Source: Bacteroidota bacterium
GTDB lineage: Bacteria > Bacteroidota > Bacteroidia > Palsa-965
Direction of reading: 5' to 3'
Assembly: GCA_013288325.1 (NCBI GenBank)
Contig: JABDCB010000005.1
Location: 16,484 to 80,483 of the forward strand
Length of the DNA: 64,000 nt
Shown here: positions 1 through 10,622 of the stretch, in pieces
Position numbering within the stretch: position 1 is the stretch's first letter
Layout: every line of letters starts with the position of its first letter
Program-made: the position numbers and the translations under genes
The notes under the pieces: model-generated
Seen by the model: only the letters and a program-made list of their open reading frames with translations
What the model was told of the DNA's origin: nothing
Databases searched by the model: none

Positions 1-1
1 C

Positions 2-292
2 TTTAACCCGAATAATAATGGGTCTGTGATTATTATCTCCATTCCACCGCTTACGGAAGAAAGAAGAAGGGATCTGGTTAAGCGGACTAAAGCGGAAGGG
101 GAGAATGCAAAAGTAAGCCTACGGAGTGCCCGTAAGGATGCTAATGAGGAAATTAAAGCGCTGCAAAAGAAGGGTTTACCCGAAGATGAGGCGAAAGGCG
201 CAATAGAAAAAATACAGCAACTGACTGATGCTTATTCTATAAAAGTGGATAAGCATTTGGAGTCTAAGGAGAAGGAAATAATGACCGTTTGA
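2..292 (+). CDS. frr: ribosome recycling factor, C-terminal part (5' end cut by window edge)
   Basis: The frame is open from the window edge. The stretch 'IPPLTEERRRDLVKRTKAEGENAKVSLRSARKDANEEIK' matches the conserved C-terminal half of Frr. Stop codon at 290-292. Confidence 0.9.
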   Translation, partial: FNPNNNGSVIIISIPPLTEERRRDLVKRTKAEGENAKVSLRSARKDANEEIKALQKKGLPEDEAKGAIEKIQQLTDAYSIKVDKHLESKEKEIMTV

Positions 293-311
293 TAAGGTTT
301 GTATCACAATA

Positions 312-345
312 AGAGCCGCCTGTTATAGGCGGCTCTTTCTATTTT
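312..345. terminator. stem-loop terminator between convergent frr and radical SAM gene
   Basis: agagccgcc (312-320) pairs with ggcggctct (328-336) around a 7-nt loop, followed by ttctatttt. It lies between two convergent stop codons. Confidence 0.7.
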
Positions 346-1372
346 AAGCCCATACCTTGGTTCCTTCGGAACAATTGGTGCAGATATCAATTTCACTTCT
401 GGATCGCAATACGGAAGAACGAAATTGTTGATACGTCTTCCCTTTCCATAATTCACGGAACGTTTCCTTTTTAAGATCCCCCATGCGATGTCTGGCATCC
501 TTATCAAAGCAACATGGAACAACTATTCCATCCCAGGTAACGACAGGGCTTTGCCAGAGCTTCCAGCAATGATTTTCCATATCGTTCTTAATGCTCCAGG
601 TACCATCAGGCTTCTTTTTATATCTGGAGTAGTAATTATTTTCCGGTATCAGATCATTTCCGTTTTTGTAATCATATACCTGTGCCGTTTTTAACTTTAC
701 TTCATCTACTCCCAGGTCTTCAGCAAGTTTTTTCACATCTTCGATCTGGTGTTCGTTAGGTTTCACCACAAGAAACTGAAAGATCAAAATAGGGGTGGAG
801 GACTTTAATGCTTTTTTCCATTTCACCAGAGACTTCGTCCCTTCTATTACCTTGCTTAGATTACCTCCGACCCGATATGAGGAGTAGGTTTCCTGAGTAG
901 TCCCGTCGAGGGAAATAATGAGCCGGTCCAGCCCCGATAAAATAGTAGCTTTTGCTTCTTCATCACCCAGATAATGTGCGTTGGTAGAGGTAGAAGTGAA
1001 AATATTCTTTGAGTGTGCATATCTAACCATATCCAGAAAATTTGGATTCAGATAGGGCTCTCCCTGGAAATAGAAGGTTAGGTAAACTAAATCTTTATGC
1101 ACCTCATTTATTGTTTTTCTAAAAAACGCCTCTTCTAACATTCCGGTTGGTCTGCTAAAAGATCGGAGTCCGCTGGGGCATTCAGGGCAACGAAGATTGC
1201 AAGAAGTAGTAGGTTCAATGGAAATACTAATAGGCATACCCCAATGGATGGCTGTTTTACCAATCCGGCTTAGGTGGTAAGAACACATAACTTTTGCACC
1301 GTTCCATAGCTTTCGTAAGGTCAAATGCCGCAATAGAAGTAGAGTTCCCGTACGCATAATATGGAAGGGCAA
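344..1372 (-). CDS. radical SAM protein with SPASM/twitch-like Cys-rich C-terminus
   Basis: CX3CX2C motif in 'EPTTSCNLRCPECPSG'. Cys-rich C-terminus 'WDGIVVPCCFDKD...ICTNC'. Start is uncertain (M1, M6 or M29). Confidence 0.8.
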   Translation of the reverse strand: MPFHIMRTGTLLLLRHLTLRKLWNGAKVMCSYHLSRIGKTAIHWGMPISISIEPTTSCNLRCPECPSGLRSFSRPTGMLEEAFFRKTINEVHKDLVYLTFYFQGEPYLNPNFLDMVRYAHSKNIFTSTSTNAHYLGDEEAKATILSGLDRLIISLDGTTQETYSSYRVGGNLSKVIEGTKSLVKWKKALKSSTPILIFQFLVVKPNEHQIEDVKKLAEDLGVDEVKLKTAQVYDYKNGNDLIPENNYYSRYKKKPDGTWSIKNDMENHCWKLWQSPVVTWDGIVVPCCFDKDARHRMGDLKKETFRELWKGKTYQQFRSSVLRSRSEIDICTNCSEGTKVWA

Positions 1373-1487
1373 GATTTAGAGTAAAGATAAGCCTATTAAA
1401 GAGCGAGATTAAAAAAAATACGTAATTTCGGAGATTAAGGTTCCCTAAGGCTTACTGCCAGATAGGGAGTCTTGTACCAACAACTCT

Positions 1488-3944
1488 ATGTGGAAATCCA
1501 TAGCCAGATTTATTCTTAGGAATAGGATAAAGTTTCTGATAGTTCTCGGAAGCATTACACTTGTTCTAGGCTATTTCAGCCGTACTGCTGAAATTTCTTA
1601 TGAATTCCCCAAATTATTACCTAGTACAGATACCACCGATATCAATTTTGAACGTTTCAAACATATGTTTGGTCAAGACGGGACGGTTATGGTTATCGGT
1701 ATTGCGGATTCCACCATATGGAAATATGATAAATTCTGCGGCTGGTATGATTTAACAGAAAGCTTGAGAAAAGTGGGGGGAGTCCAGGAAGTGGTTTCTA
1801 TTGCCAGGTTGTATAATCTTCGGGTTAATGATAGTACCAATAAGTTTGAATTCCGCCCAATTCTTTCTAAGCGCCCTCGTGATCAAGAAGAAGTCGATAG
1901 CATTCACCAGGTGGAAATGCGCTTGCCGTTTTACGAAAATTTCGCCTTTACCAAGAATACAGCATCTACTGTTATAGCTGTGACATTTGAAAAAAAAGTA
2001 GTCAATACCAAAGACCGTTTTCGTGTTGTAGATGAAATAAAAGCGCTCACTACAAAATTTTCGGATAAATTTTCTGTGCCCGTTCACTATTCTGGTTTGC
2101 CTTACATCCGATCGGTAATCGCAAAAAAGATTTCCCACGAAATGTTTCTCTTTATGGGGCTTGCCGTACTCGTTACGGCCATTATTCTATTCGTCTTTTT
2201 TCGTTCCATCCTACCAGTGGTTTTTTCGCTGATGGTTGTGGGGGTTGGTGTTTCCTGGGGACTAGGGGGACTTGTTTTATTTGGATATAAGATTACAGCC
2301 CTTACCGGACTCATTCCTCCACTGATTATTGTTATCGGTGTCCCCAATTGTATTTTACTTTTGAATAAGTATCATTCTGAATTTATCAGACACGGGAATA
2401 AGGGTCTGGCTTTGTTAAGAATGATAGAAAAAATAGGTCCTTCCCTATTCTTTGCTAATGTGACAACGTCTATTGGTTTTGCTGTATTCTGCCTTACCCA
2501 TAGTTCTATTATGATAGAATTTGGACTGGTTTCGTCACTAAATGTGATGGCCACGTACCTGATATCAATGATTTTGATACCTGTTATTTTTAGCTATCTG
2601 CCTCCTCCGTCCATTAAACATACCAGGCATTTGGATGCGAAACGATTAACAAAACTGCTTGCTAAAGTGGACATTGGTGTACATAGGCATAGAAGGAAAA
2701 TTTATGCTTCCGTTATTATTATCCTGCTGATTTCTTTATTTGGAATCATTAAGATAAAGACGCTGGGGTATGTAGTGGATGATTTACCGGAAAAGGATCC
2801 TATCTATTCAGACTTGCATTTTTTTGAAAAAAACTTTAAGGGAGTACTGCCTTTGGAAATTTCAATCGACACGAAAAAAGAAAATGGTGTTTTTGCTGAG
2901 AATGCGGATGTCCTTTATAGAATCGACCGGCTTCAAAAGGTTATAAAGGAATACGCGATTTTTTCAAAACCAATTTCTGTCGTGGAAGGGGTTAAATTTT
3001 CAAATCAGGCTATGAACGATGGCAAACCTAAATATTTTAGATTGCCAGGAGCTGAGGGATTATCTCAGATAAAAAAATATTCTTCGGAAGCAAAGGGTAA
3101 ACAAGACAGATTCAAAGCTTTTCTTGATTCTACCAAGCGTTATACAAGGGTGAGTATTCAGATGGCTGATATCGGATCCATAGAAATGAAAAAATTAATA
3201 AGCCGTTTTCAGCCTCGGGTTGACAGCGCTCTTAATTATGATGTGGAAGCAAAAGCCTGGTTGCCTAAGGAAAAGCGATGCGATTATTCGCTCACAGGCA
3301 CATGCCTTATGTTTCTGAAGGGAAATGATTTCCTTGTCGAGAACCTTGTGGAAAGTGTCGGTATTGCAGTTATACTCATTACGCTGGTTATGTTGAGTCT
3401 GTTTATGTCGTTCCGGATGGTAGTAATTTCTGTGGTGCCAAGTCTTGTTCCTTTGTTTATTACAGCCGCTCTGATGGGCTTTTTTCATATACATCTTAAG
3501 CCGTCTACCATCCTTGTGTTTAGCATTGCATTTGGTATTTCTTCAGACGGTACTATGTACTTTCTTACCAAGTACCGCCAGGAATTAAAGAATCATCAAT
3601 ACAGTATTTCACGCACTGTATCACTTGCTATCAGAGAGACAGGAGTAAGTATGATTTATACTGCTGTAATACTTTTTTGTGGTTTCGGAATATTTATGGC
3701 TTCGGATTTTGGCGGGACAGCCGCTTTAGGTATCCTTGTTTCAATTACTTTGTTAGTGGCTTATTGCTCCAATCTGGTGTTATTGCCATGTTTTCTATTA
3801 AGTCTGGAGAAGAGACTAACCAATAAGGCTTTTATGCAGGAGCCTTTGGTGCAGATCTATGATGAAGATGAGGATATTGAGCAGGAAGATTTGCACATTA
3901 TTCATCATATCAATAATGAATCGGGAACTAAAACTACTCTGTAA
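1488..3944 (+). CDS. MMPL/RND-superfamily membrane exporter
   Basis: 818 aa. Two clusters of hydrophobic helices are separated by large soluble loops, the typical 12-TM RND/MMPL layout. Confidence 0.8.
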   Translation: MWKSIARFILRNRIKFLIVLGSITLVLGYFSRTAEISYEFPKLLPSTDTTDINFERFKHMFGQDGTVMVIGIADSTIWKYDKFCGWYDLTESLRKVGGVQEVVSIARLYNLRVNDSTNKFEFRPILSKRPRDQEEVDSIHQVEMRLPFYENFAFTKNTASTVIAVTFEKKVVNTKDRFRVVDEIKALTTKFSDKFSVPVHYSGLPYIRSVIAKKISHEMFLFMGLAVLVTAIILFVFFRSILPVVFSLMVVGVGVSWGLGGLVLFGYKITALTGLIPPLIIVIGVPNCILLLNKYHSEFIRHGNKGLALLRMIEKIGPSLFFANVTTSIGFAVFCLTHSSIMIEFGLVSSLNVMATYLISMILIPVIFSYLPPPSIKHTRHLDAKRLTKLLAKVDIGVHRHRRKIYASVIIILLISLFGIIKIKTLGYVVDDLPEKDPIYSDLHFFEKNFKGVLPLEISIDTKKENGVFAENADVLYRIDRLQKVIKEYAIFSKPISVVEGVKFSNQAMNDGKPKYFRLPGAEGLSQIKKYSSEAKGKQDRFKAFLDSTKRYTRVSIQMADIGSIEMKKLISRFQPRVDSALNYDVEAKAWLPKEKRCDYSLTGTCLMFLKGNDFLVENLVESVGIAVILITLVMLSLFMSFRMVVISVVPSLVPLFITAALMGFFHIHLKPSTILVFSIAFGISSDGTMYFLTKYRQELKNHQYSISRTVSLAIRETGVSMIYTAVILFCGFGIFMASDFGGTAALGILVSITLLVAYCSNLVLLPCFLLSLEKRLTNKAFMQEPLVQIYDEDEDIEQEDLHIIHHINNESGTKTTL

Positions 3945-4804
3945 TGAAAGGAATTATCCTAGCCGGAGGATCCGGAACGCGGTTGCACCCGCTTACACTG
4001 GCTGTTAGCAAACAGTTAATGCCAATTTACAATAAGCCAATGATCTATTACCCCCTTTCAGTTATGATGATGGCGGGTATAAAAGACATATTGATTATTT
4101 CCACTCCACATGACCTACCTAGTTTTGAACGATTACTGGGTGATGGAAAAAATCTTGGTTGTAATTTTCATTATGCAGTTCAGGAAGTACCCAATGGTCT
4201 AGCTCAAGCGTTTGTAATAGGAGAGAAATTTATTGGTAAGGAAAGTGTAGCCCTTATTCTTGGAGATAACATATTTTATGGGGCAGGCCTTGGCAGACTC
4301 TTGCAGCTTCATCAAAACCCGGAAGGGGGAGTTGTATTTGCGTATCATGTTTCGGACCCGGAACGTTATGGAGTTGTCGAGTTTGATAACGATGGTAATG
4401 CTATTTCTATAGAGGAAAAGCCAACAATACCTAAATCCAACTATGCTGTTCCAGGGCTTTATTTCTACGATAATTCGGTGGTTGAAATCGCGAAAAATCT
4501 CAGTCCCAGCCCAAGAGGTGAGTATGAAATAACGGATGTGAATAAACACTATCTGAAATCTGGAAAACTTAAAGTAGGGATACTCGACAGGGGTACAGCC
4601 TGGCTCGATACCGGCACTTTTGATTCCCTGATGCAGGCAGGGCAATTTGTTCAGGTTATAGAAGAACGGCAGGGATTAGGAATAGGCTGTATAGAAGAAG
4701 TTGCTTTTCGTATGGGATTCATTGATGTTGCCCAACTTAGAAAAATTGCAGAACCGTTGCTGAAAAGCGGCTATGGAAAATATCTTCTAAAACTTACGCA
4801 ATAA
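3944..4804 (+). CDS. rfbA: glucose-1-phosphate thymidylyltransferase
   Basis: N-terminus '[18 protein letters not shown]' plus RmlA-like sequence along the full length. The start overlaps the upstream stop (TAATG). Confidence 0.93.
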   Translation: MKGIILAGGSGTRLHPLTLAVSKQLMPIYNKPMIYYPLSVMMMAGIKDILIISTPHDLPSFERLLGDGKNLGCNFHYAVQEVPNGLAQAFVIGEKFIGKESVALILGDNIFYGAGLGRLLQLHQNPEGGVVFAYHVSDPERYGVVEFDNDGNAISIEEKPTIPKSNYAVPGLYFYDNSVVEIAKNLSPSPRGEYEITDVNKHYLKSGKLKVGILDRGTAWLDTGTFDSLMQAGQFVQVIEERQGLGIGCIEEVAFRMGFIDVAQLRKIAEPLLKSGYGKYLLKLTQ

Positions 4805-4812
4805 ACCACATT

Positions 4813-5763
4813 ATGAATTTACACAGTTATACCCGTATTCTTGTTACAGGAGGAGCTGGTTTTATTCCCAGCGGACTTGCTGATAAACTCGCTCAGAATC
4901 CTGATAATTATGTGGTCATGGTTGACAATCTTCAGACTGGCTCATTATCCAAGATCCCGGAGTCTCGTTTTCGAAATATTAAGTTTATTAAATGCGACGT
5001 AAATGAATTTCGGGATATCTCCAGCATTTTTTATGCCTATTCCTTCGATTATGTATTTCATTATGCTGCAACAGTGGGAGTAAAACGAACACTTGAAAAC
5101 CCGGTTAAGGTTTTAAATGACATTTCTGGAATCAAATATGTTTTGAATCTTTCAAAAAACACCGGTGTGAAACGAGTGTTTTTTTCTTCTTCCTCGGAGG
5201 TTTATGGCGAACCTGTTGAATATCCTCAAAATGAGGATACGACCCCGCTTAATTCCCGTTTGCCATATGCAATAGTCAAAAACGTTGGAGAAGCGTACCT
5301 TAAATCTTACCAAAAGGAGTTTAATCTTGATTATACCATTTTCAGATTCTTCAATACGTTCGGCCCTAAGCAAAGCCGGGATTTTGTTATTTCTAAATTC
5401 CTTTCTGCAGCATTGCACAATCAGGACATTCAAATATATGGAGATGGAAGCCAAACCCGAACATTTTGTTTTATTGACGATAATGTATTGGCAACAACCA
5501 ATGCTTTTTATCAGAATATGTTTGTAAATGATGTGGTTAACATTGGCGGTAATATTGAAACAAGTATTTTGGAACTGGCAACACTGATTATACGTCTTAC
5601 AAAGTCTAAATCGAAAATAATCCATCTCCCTCCATTAGAAGAAGGGGATATGACCCGCCGCAGGCCGGATACAACCAAAATGGTACAACTGTTGCATCGT
5701 AAATTATTGTCCCTTGAAGAGGGGCTTGAACTTGTGCTAAAAGACACCCGTTTTATACTTTAA
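4813..5763 (+). CDS. NAD-dependent sugar epimerase/dehydratase (SDR family)
   Basis: Rossmann motif 'VTGGAGFI' and catalytic YxxxK in 'YAIVK'. 316 aa. Confidence 0.85.
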   Translation: MNLHSYTRILVTGGAGFIPSGLADKLAQNPDNYVVMVDNLQTGSLSKIPESRFRNIKFIKCDVNEFRDISSIFYAYSFDYVFHYAATVGVKRTLENPVKVLNDISGIKYVLNLSKNTGVKRVFFSSSSEVYGEPVEYPQNEDTTPLNSRLPYAIVKNVGEAYLKSYQKEFNLDYTIFRFFNTFGPKQSRDFVISKFLSAALHNQDIQIYGDGSQTRTFCFIDDNVLATTNAFYQNMFVNDVVNIGGNIETSILELATLIIRLTKSKSKIIHLPPLEEGDMTRRRPDTTKMVQLLHRKLLSLEEGLELVLKDTRFIL

Positions 5764-5770
5764 TGGATTC

Positions 5771-6751
5771 ATGAGTAAGGCAAATGCATACCATGAGTTA
5801 ATTGAGGAGGGGCTCTCATCGATTAATTTTGCGAGCCGCCCGGTTGAATTGTACGAGCCTATGAAATATGTACTTGAAGTGGGTGGTAAGCGTATACGAC
5901 CTCTTCTTACATTGTTGGCTTGCGACTTATTTGAAGGAAGCTCAACAGAGGCTTTACCTGCAGCCCTTGCGATAGAGCTTTTCCATAACTTTAGCCTTGT
6001 GCATGATGATATTATGGATTGCGCGCCATTGCGAAGAAACAGGGCGACTGTACATGAAAAGTGGAATAGCAATATTGCTATACTTAGCGGAGATGCCTTG
6101 CTTATAAAAGCGTTGCAGCAGTTTGAAAAGCTGCCTTCTGAACTTATGGCTAAGGTTTTGCCAGTGTTTAATCTGACTGCATTAAAAGTATGTGAAGGAC
6201 AGCAGTTCGATATGAATTATGAGAAGCTGAGCCAGGTAAGTATTGCCGAATATATTCGAATGATAGAATTAAAGACTGCTGTGCTTCTTGCTGGTGCTTT
6301 GCAGATTGGGGCTTTAATCGGCAAAGCTACGACAGAAGACGCTGGCTTGATTTATGAGTTTGGAAGAAACATTGGTATTGCTTTTCAACTTCAGGATGAT
6401 TTGCTCGATATTTATGCCGATCCTGAAAAATTTGGAAAGCAACCGGGCGGAGATATAATTTCTAATAAAAAGACATTTCTTCTCCTCAAGGCATTAGAAA
6501 TGTCGGCCCAAATGCCATATAAACGCGAAGAGTTATTACATTGGATTGAGGCAAGCCCATTAGACCCTATGGAAAAGGTGGCTGCTGTGAAGGATATTTA
6601 TGATACGCTGCAAGTCCGTTCTCGAGCTAATGAAGAAATGAACCGTTATTATGAAAAAGGGCTGGAGGCCTTTGGCCGTATTTCTGTGGGAAAGGAGAAA
6701 AAAAATGATCTGTATAGCTTGGTAGAAAAATTAAGAATTAGGGAAATTTAA
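5771..6751 (+). CDS. polyprenyl diphosphate synthase
   Basis: Two Asp-rich motifs, 'LVHDDIMD' and 'QLQDDLLD'. 326 aa. Confidence 0.9.
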   Translation: MSKANAYHELIEEGLSSINFASRPVELYEPMKYVLEVGGKRIRPLLTLLACDLFEGSSTEALPAALAIELFHNFSLVHDDIMDCAPLRRNRATVHEKWNSNIAILSGDALLIKALQQFEKLPSELMAKVLPVFNLTALKVCEGQQFDMNYEKLSQVSIAEYIRMIELKTAVLLAGALQIGALIGKATTEDAGLIYEFGRNIGIAFQLQDDLLDIYADPEKFGKQPGGDIISNKKTFLLLKALEMSAQMPYKREELLHWIEASPLDPMEKVAAVKDIYDTLQVRSRANEEMNRYYEKGLEAFGRISVGKEKKNDLYSLVEKLRIREI

Positions 6752-6756
6752 GTGAA

Positions 6757-7077
6757 ATGAAATTCAACAAACATATATTCATTTGTATCAATCAGCGTGC
6801 AGAGGGTGCTGCAAGGCCTAGTTGTGGGGAGGCGCATGGAATGGCAATCGTGGAAGCATTTAAAAAGAAGCTTAAAGATCTAAATCTGTCAATTAATGTA
6901 AGAGCCCAGAGAGCAGGATGTCTGGATATATGTGATTTTGGCCAGACAATTGTGGTTTATCCGGAAGGTGTTTTTTATGTGGGTGTGGAGGTTAATGATG
7001 TGGATGAAATAATTGAGGAACATATAGTCAATGATCGCCCGGTTAAAAGGCTGATTCTTGATAAGGCGAAGTACTGA
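6757..7077 (+). CDS. thioredoxin-like [2Fe-2S] ferredoxin domain protein
   Basis: 106 aa with the Cys pattern 'FICIN...PSCG...AGCLDIC', typical of this small ferredoxin family. Confidence 0.7.
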   Translation: MKFNKHIFICINQRAEGAARPSCGEAHGMAIVEAFKKKLKDLNLSINVRAQRAGCLDICDFGQTIVVYPEGVFYVGVEVNDVDEIIEEHIVNDRPVKRLILDKAKY

Positions 7078-7165
7078 TTAGTACTTCATAAGATAGCCAC
7101 CAATTATTGATTTCCCCTGCAAATTCTGGTCTAAATGTATTATAAATGATAAATAGTGTGTATTT

Positions 7166-7612
7166 TTGAGCTATAAACTGCGTATGCGATACAATATAAT
7201 TTTGATAGTCATTTTGTTTCACTGTGGCTTGTTTTATTTTAAAGCAACGGCATCGGTTCCTGTTGCTAATAAAGTGAAGATATTGGAATCAGGTGCTCGG
7301 TTTATTGATGGTCCATGTGATACCAGTAAAGGATCTTCTTGTATTACTATTCCGAATGTATTCAGCCCGAATAACGACGGCAAAAATGATGTTTTTAAAA
7401 TTACTTCTTCCGGATTGAAAGCAATGACCTGTGGTATATTTAACAGGTGGGGAGTTAAACTATGGGATCTGAAGGGTCCTGAAGAAAACTGGGATGGACG
7501 CGACCAGACGGGAATAGCATGTTCTACTGGTACTTATTTTTACATTCTTGATGCCGTTGGTGTGGATGGAAAGGCCTACCATCAGAGCGGGTTTGTAGAA
7601 CTTATACGGTAG
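7166..7612 (+). CDS. small secreted protein with T9SS type B (gliding-motility CHU_C-like) C-terminal sorting domain
   Basis: Motif 'IPNVFSPNNDGKNDVFKI' and a signal-like N-terminus. The ATG at 7184 is a more likely start than the TTG at 7166. Confidence 0.75.
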   Translation: MSYKLRMRYNIILIVILFHCGLFYFKATASVPVANKVKILESGARFIDGPCDTSKGSSCITIPNVFSPNNDGKNDVFKITSSGLKAMTCGIFNRWGVKLWDLKGPEENWDGRDQTGIACSTGTYFYILDAVGVDGKAYHQSGFVELIR

Positions 7613-7760
7613 TTCCATTCAGTATGCGGCAAAGCCTGTAATTCCTTCCAGGAAGCACAAATCTTATCCCTCCTTTGAATAATATGATCCGCATTATTTA
7701 GACTTGTCGTGATGTCATATTCTTACTGTTTGTCTTTCTGTTAATTTCCTCTGAATTTAG

Positions 7761-7768
7761 TACCTTTG
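7761..7768 (+). promoter_or_regulatory. Bacteroidota -7 box (TAnnTTTG) for sucA
   Basis: TACCTTTG lies 22 nt upstream of the ATG at 7790. This favours 7790 as the sucA start over the TTG at 7766. Confidence 0.5.
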
Positions 7769-7789
7769 CCCTTCAGAAAAAGACGAAAT

Positions 7790-10543
7790 ATGGATAAGTA
7801 TTCTTACCTGGGCAACGGAGATGTTTCGGCTATTGAGGATATCTACAAGCAATACCTTCAGGATAATCATTCAGTAGATGAGAACTGGCAAAAATTTTTC
7901 GAGGGCTTTGAATTTGCCCGAAAGAATTTTGATGAGACGACAATAAACTCCGGAGAAATTCCCCAGAATGTGCAGAAAGAATTCCGGGTAATTAATCTTA
8001 TAAACGGATATCGTTCCAGAGGACATTTATTTACTTGTACAAATCCGGTAAGAGAAAGAAGAAAATACTCTCCAACCCTGGATCTTGAAAATTTCGGTCT
8101 TGATAAAGATGATTTGGATACCTTGTTTCATGCTGGATCTGAAATTGGTATTGGTCTTGCGAAATTAAAGGACATTATTGCTCACCTTGAGCAAACCTAT
8201 TGTCAGTCGATCGGGGCAGAGTTTATGTATATCCGAACTCCGGATGTATTAGGATGGTTGCAGGGGAAAATGGAGAATACCCGTAATACCCCCCATTATT
8301 CAAAGGAGGATAAACAGGAGATTCTGGATAAACTTAGTCAAGCTGTTTTCTTCGAAAATTTTCTTCACACGAAATTCGTTGGTCAAAAACGATTTTCTCT
8401 GGAAGGAGGAGAAACGGTTATACCAACTTTAAACGCTTTTTGTGAAAAGGGAGCTGATTTGGGCATCCAGGACTTTGTCATAGGTATGGCGCATAGAGGG
8501 AGGCTGAATGTTCTAGCCAATGTCCTGAATAAAACATATGCGGATATATTTACTGAATTTGAAGGCCGCTTATCAGAGGACTCCCTTTTTGACGGAGATG
8601 TAAAATACCATATGGGCTATTCCTGTGATAAGGTTAGCAATCATGGTCAGAAAATACATATCAGTCTTACAGCTAATCCTTCCCACCTGGAAGCCGTAAA
8701 CCCGGTTGTGGAAGGAATTTCGCGCGCAAAGATTGAAAACGGACATCAGGGAGATAACAACAAGGTTTGTCCAATTCTTATTCATGGTGATGCCGCTTTG
8801 GCAGGTCAGGGTATCTGTTATGAAGTATTGCAGATGTCTCAGCTGGAAGGATACAAAACAGGTGGTACTATTCATCTTGTTATTAATAATCAGGTGGGAT
8901 TTACCACTAACTATGTTGATGGACGTTCAAGCACCTATTGCTCGGATGTAGCCAAGGTAGTTCTGGCCCCGGTTTTTCATGTTAATGGGGACGATGTTGA
9001 GGCCTGTGTGTTTGTAGCTCAATTGGCTATGGAGTTCAGGCAAAAATTCCACCGGGATGTTTTTATAGATGTACTTTGTTATCGCAAATATGGGCACAAC
9101 GAAGGTGATGAGCCCCGTTTTACTCAGCCGCTTCTTTATAAAGCTATTGCTACCCACCCAAACCCTCGGGAAATTTATATCAAGCAATTGATTGCAGAAG
9201 GGACCGTTTCGGAAGAGCTGGCCAAAACGTTGGAAAAGAATTTTAAACAAATGCTTCAGGATAAACTTGATGAAGCAAAACAGGTAGAGAAGACAAAGGT
9301 GGCATCTTTTCTGGAAGGGCCATGGAAGGGAATTCAAATGGCAGCTCATGGTGTGTTTGATAAGAGCCCCGATACTTCATTGGCACCGGATACTTTTTTG
9401 AAGATTGCGAAAAGCATCACAAGTCTGCCATCAGGAAAGACCTTCTTTAATAAAATTCAAAACATATTTAAGGAAAGATCCTTAATGATCACTTCTGATA
9501 AATATGACTGGGCCATGGGAGAGCTTATGGCTTATGCAACGTTGATGGAGGAGGGGCACCCCGTGCGATTCAGCGGACAAGACGTTGAGCGGGGCACATT
9601 TTCCCATCGTCATGCAGTGTTAAAGGTTGAAGATTCGGAAGAGGAATATACTCCGCTTAATAATTTTGGAGCTAAAGCTAAACTCAGCATTTATAATTCA
9701 TTGCTTTCTGAGTATGGCGTTTTGGGCTTTGAATATGGGTACGCCTCCACCACTCCTAATACACTTACAATCTGGGAAGCTCAATTCGGAGATTTTTTTA
9801 ATGGAGCTCAAATCATGGTGGATCAGTTCATCACATGTTCTGAATATAAGTGGAGAAGAATGAATGGCCTTGTTATGCTTCTGCCTCATGGATACGAAGG
9901 TCAGGGTCCGGAACATAGCAGCGCCCGTATGGAGCGATTCCTGCAGCAATGTGCAGAGGATAATATTCAAATAGTCAATGCCACTACTCCTGCAAATCAG
10001 TTTCATGTATTGCGTCGGCAGTTGAAAAGAGAGTTTCGGAAACCGCTTATCTGTTTCACGCCCAAAAAATTGCTTCGTTACCCGTCGTGCGTTTCATCTG
10101 TTAAAGAGTTTACTGTTGGTGGCTTTAAGGAGGTGATGGATGACGTATCAGCAGATGCAAAAAAGGTTGAAAAAATTGCATTCTGTACCGGAAAAATTTA
10201 CTATGATCTTGCAGAAGATAGGGATAAAAACGGGACAGATCATATTGCCATTATCCGTCTTGAGCAACTCTATCCTTTTCCGGAAAAGCAATTAGCTGGA
10301 ATTTTTGATAAATATAAATCGGCGAAATCTTTTGTGTGGGTTCAGGAAGAACCTGAAAATATGGGAGCCTGGACGTTCATTATGCGCATGTTTATGACTC
10401 ATGCCAAGACATCAGAAATTCGTTTGAGTTATATTGGCAGGCCTGAAAGTGCAAGTCCGGCAACTGGATTTAGCAAGGCACACGCACAACAACAACAGGC
10501 TATTGTCGAGAAATTATTTCTGAAAAGCAGTGTTAAAATTTAA
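7790..10543 (+). CDS. sucA: 2-oxoglutarate dehydrogenase E1 component
   Basis: Full-length SucA-like sequence of about 917 aa ('NGYRSRGH', 'HGDAALAGQG', 'LPHGYEGQGPEHSSAR'). Confidence 0.95.
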   Translation: MDKYSYLGNGDVSAIEDIYKQYLQDNHSVDENWQKFFEGFEFARKNFDETTINSGEIPQNVQKEFRVINLINGYRSRGHLFTCTNPVRERRKYSPTLDLENFGLDKDDLDTLFHAGSEIGIGLAKLKDIIAHLEQTYCQSIGAEFMYIRTPDVLGWLQGKMENTRNTPHYSKEDKQEILDKLSQAVFFENFLHTKFVGQKRFSLEGGETVIPTLNAFCEKGADLGIQDFVIGMAHRGRLNVLANVLNKTYADIFTEFEGRLSEDSLFDGDVKYHMGYSCDKVSNHGQKIHISLTANPSHLEAVNPVVEGISRAKIENGHQGDNNKVCPILIHGDAALAGQGICYEVLQMSQLEGYKTGGTIHLVINNQVGFTTNYVDGRSSTYCSDVAKVVLAPVFHVNGDDVEACVFVAQLAMEFRQKFHRDVFIDVLCYRKYGHNEGDEPRFTQPLLYKAIATHPNPREIYIKQLIAEGTVSEELAKTLEKNFKQMLQDKLDEAKQVEKTKVASFLEGPWKGIQMAAHGVFDKSPDTSLAPDTFLKIAKSITSLPSGKTFFNKIQNIFKERSLMITSDKYDWAMGELMAYATLMEEGHPVRFSGQDVERGTFSHRHAVLKVEDSEEEYTPLNNFGAKAKLSIYNSLLSEYGVLGFEYGYASTTPNTLTIWEAQFGDFFNGAQIMVDQFITCSEYKWRRMNGLVMLLPHGYEGQGPEHSSARMERFLQQCAEDNIQIVNATTPANQFHVLRRQLKREFRKPLICFTPKKLLRYPSCVSSVKEFTVGGFKEVMDDVSADAKKVEKIAFCTGKIYYDLAEDRDKNGTDHIAIIRLEQLYPFPEKQLAGIFDKYKSAKSFVWVQEEPENMGAWTFIMRMFMTHAKTSEIRLSYIGRPESASPATGFSKAHAQQQQAIVEKLFLKSSVKI

Positions 10544-10622
10544 GAAATACTTCATAGGGTTTAAAGATTTCCTTCTGGAGAGTAAATTGCAAATCTTATT
10601 GAAAATCTAAATAAGAAAATAA

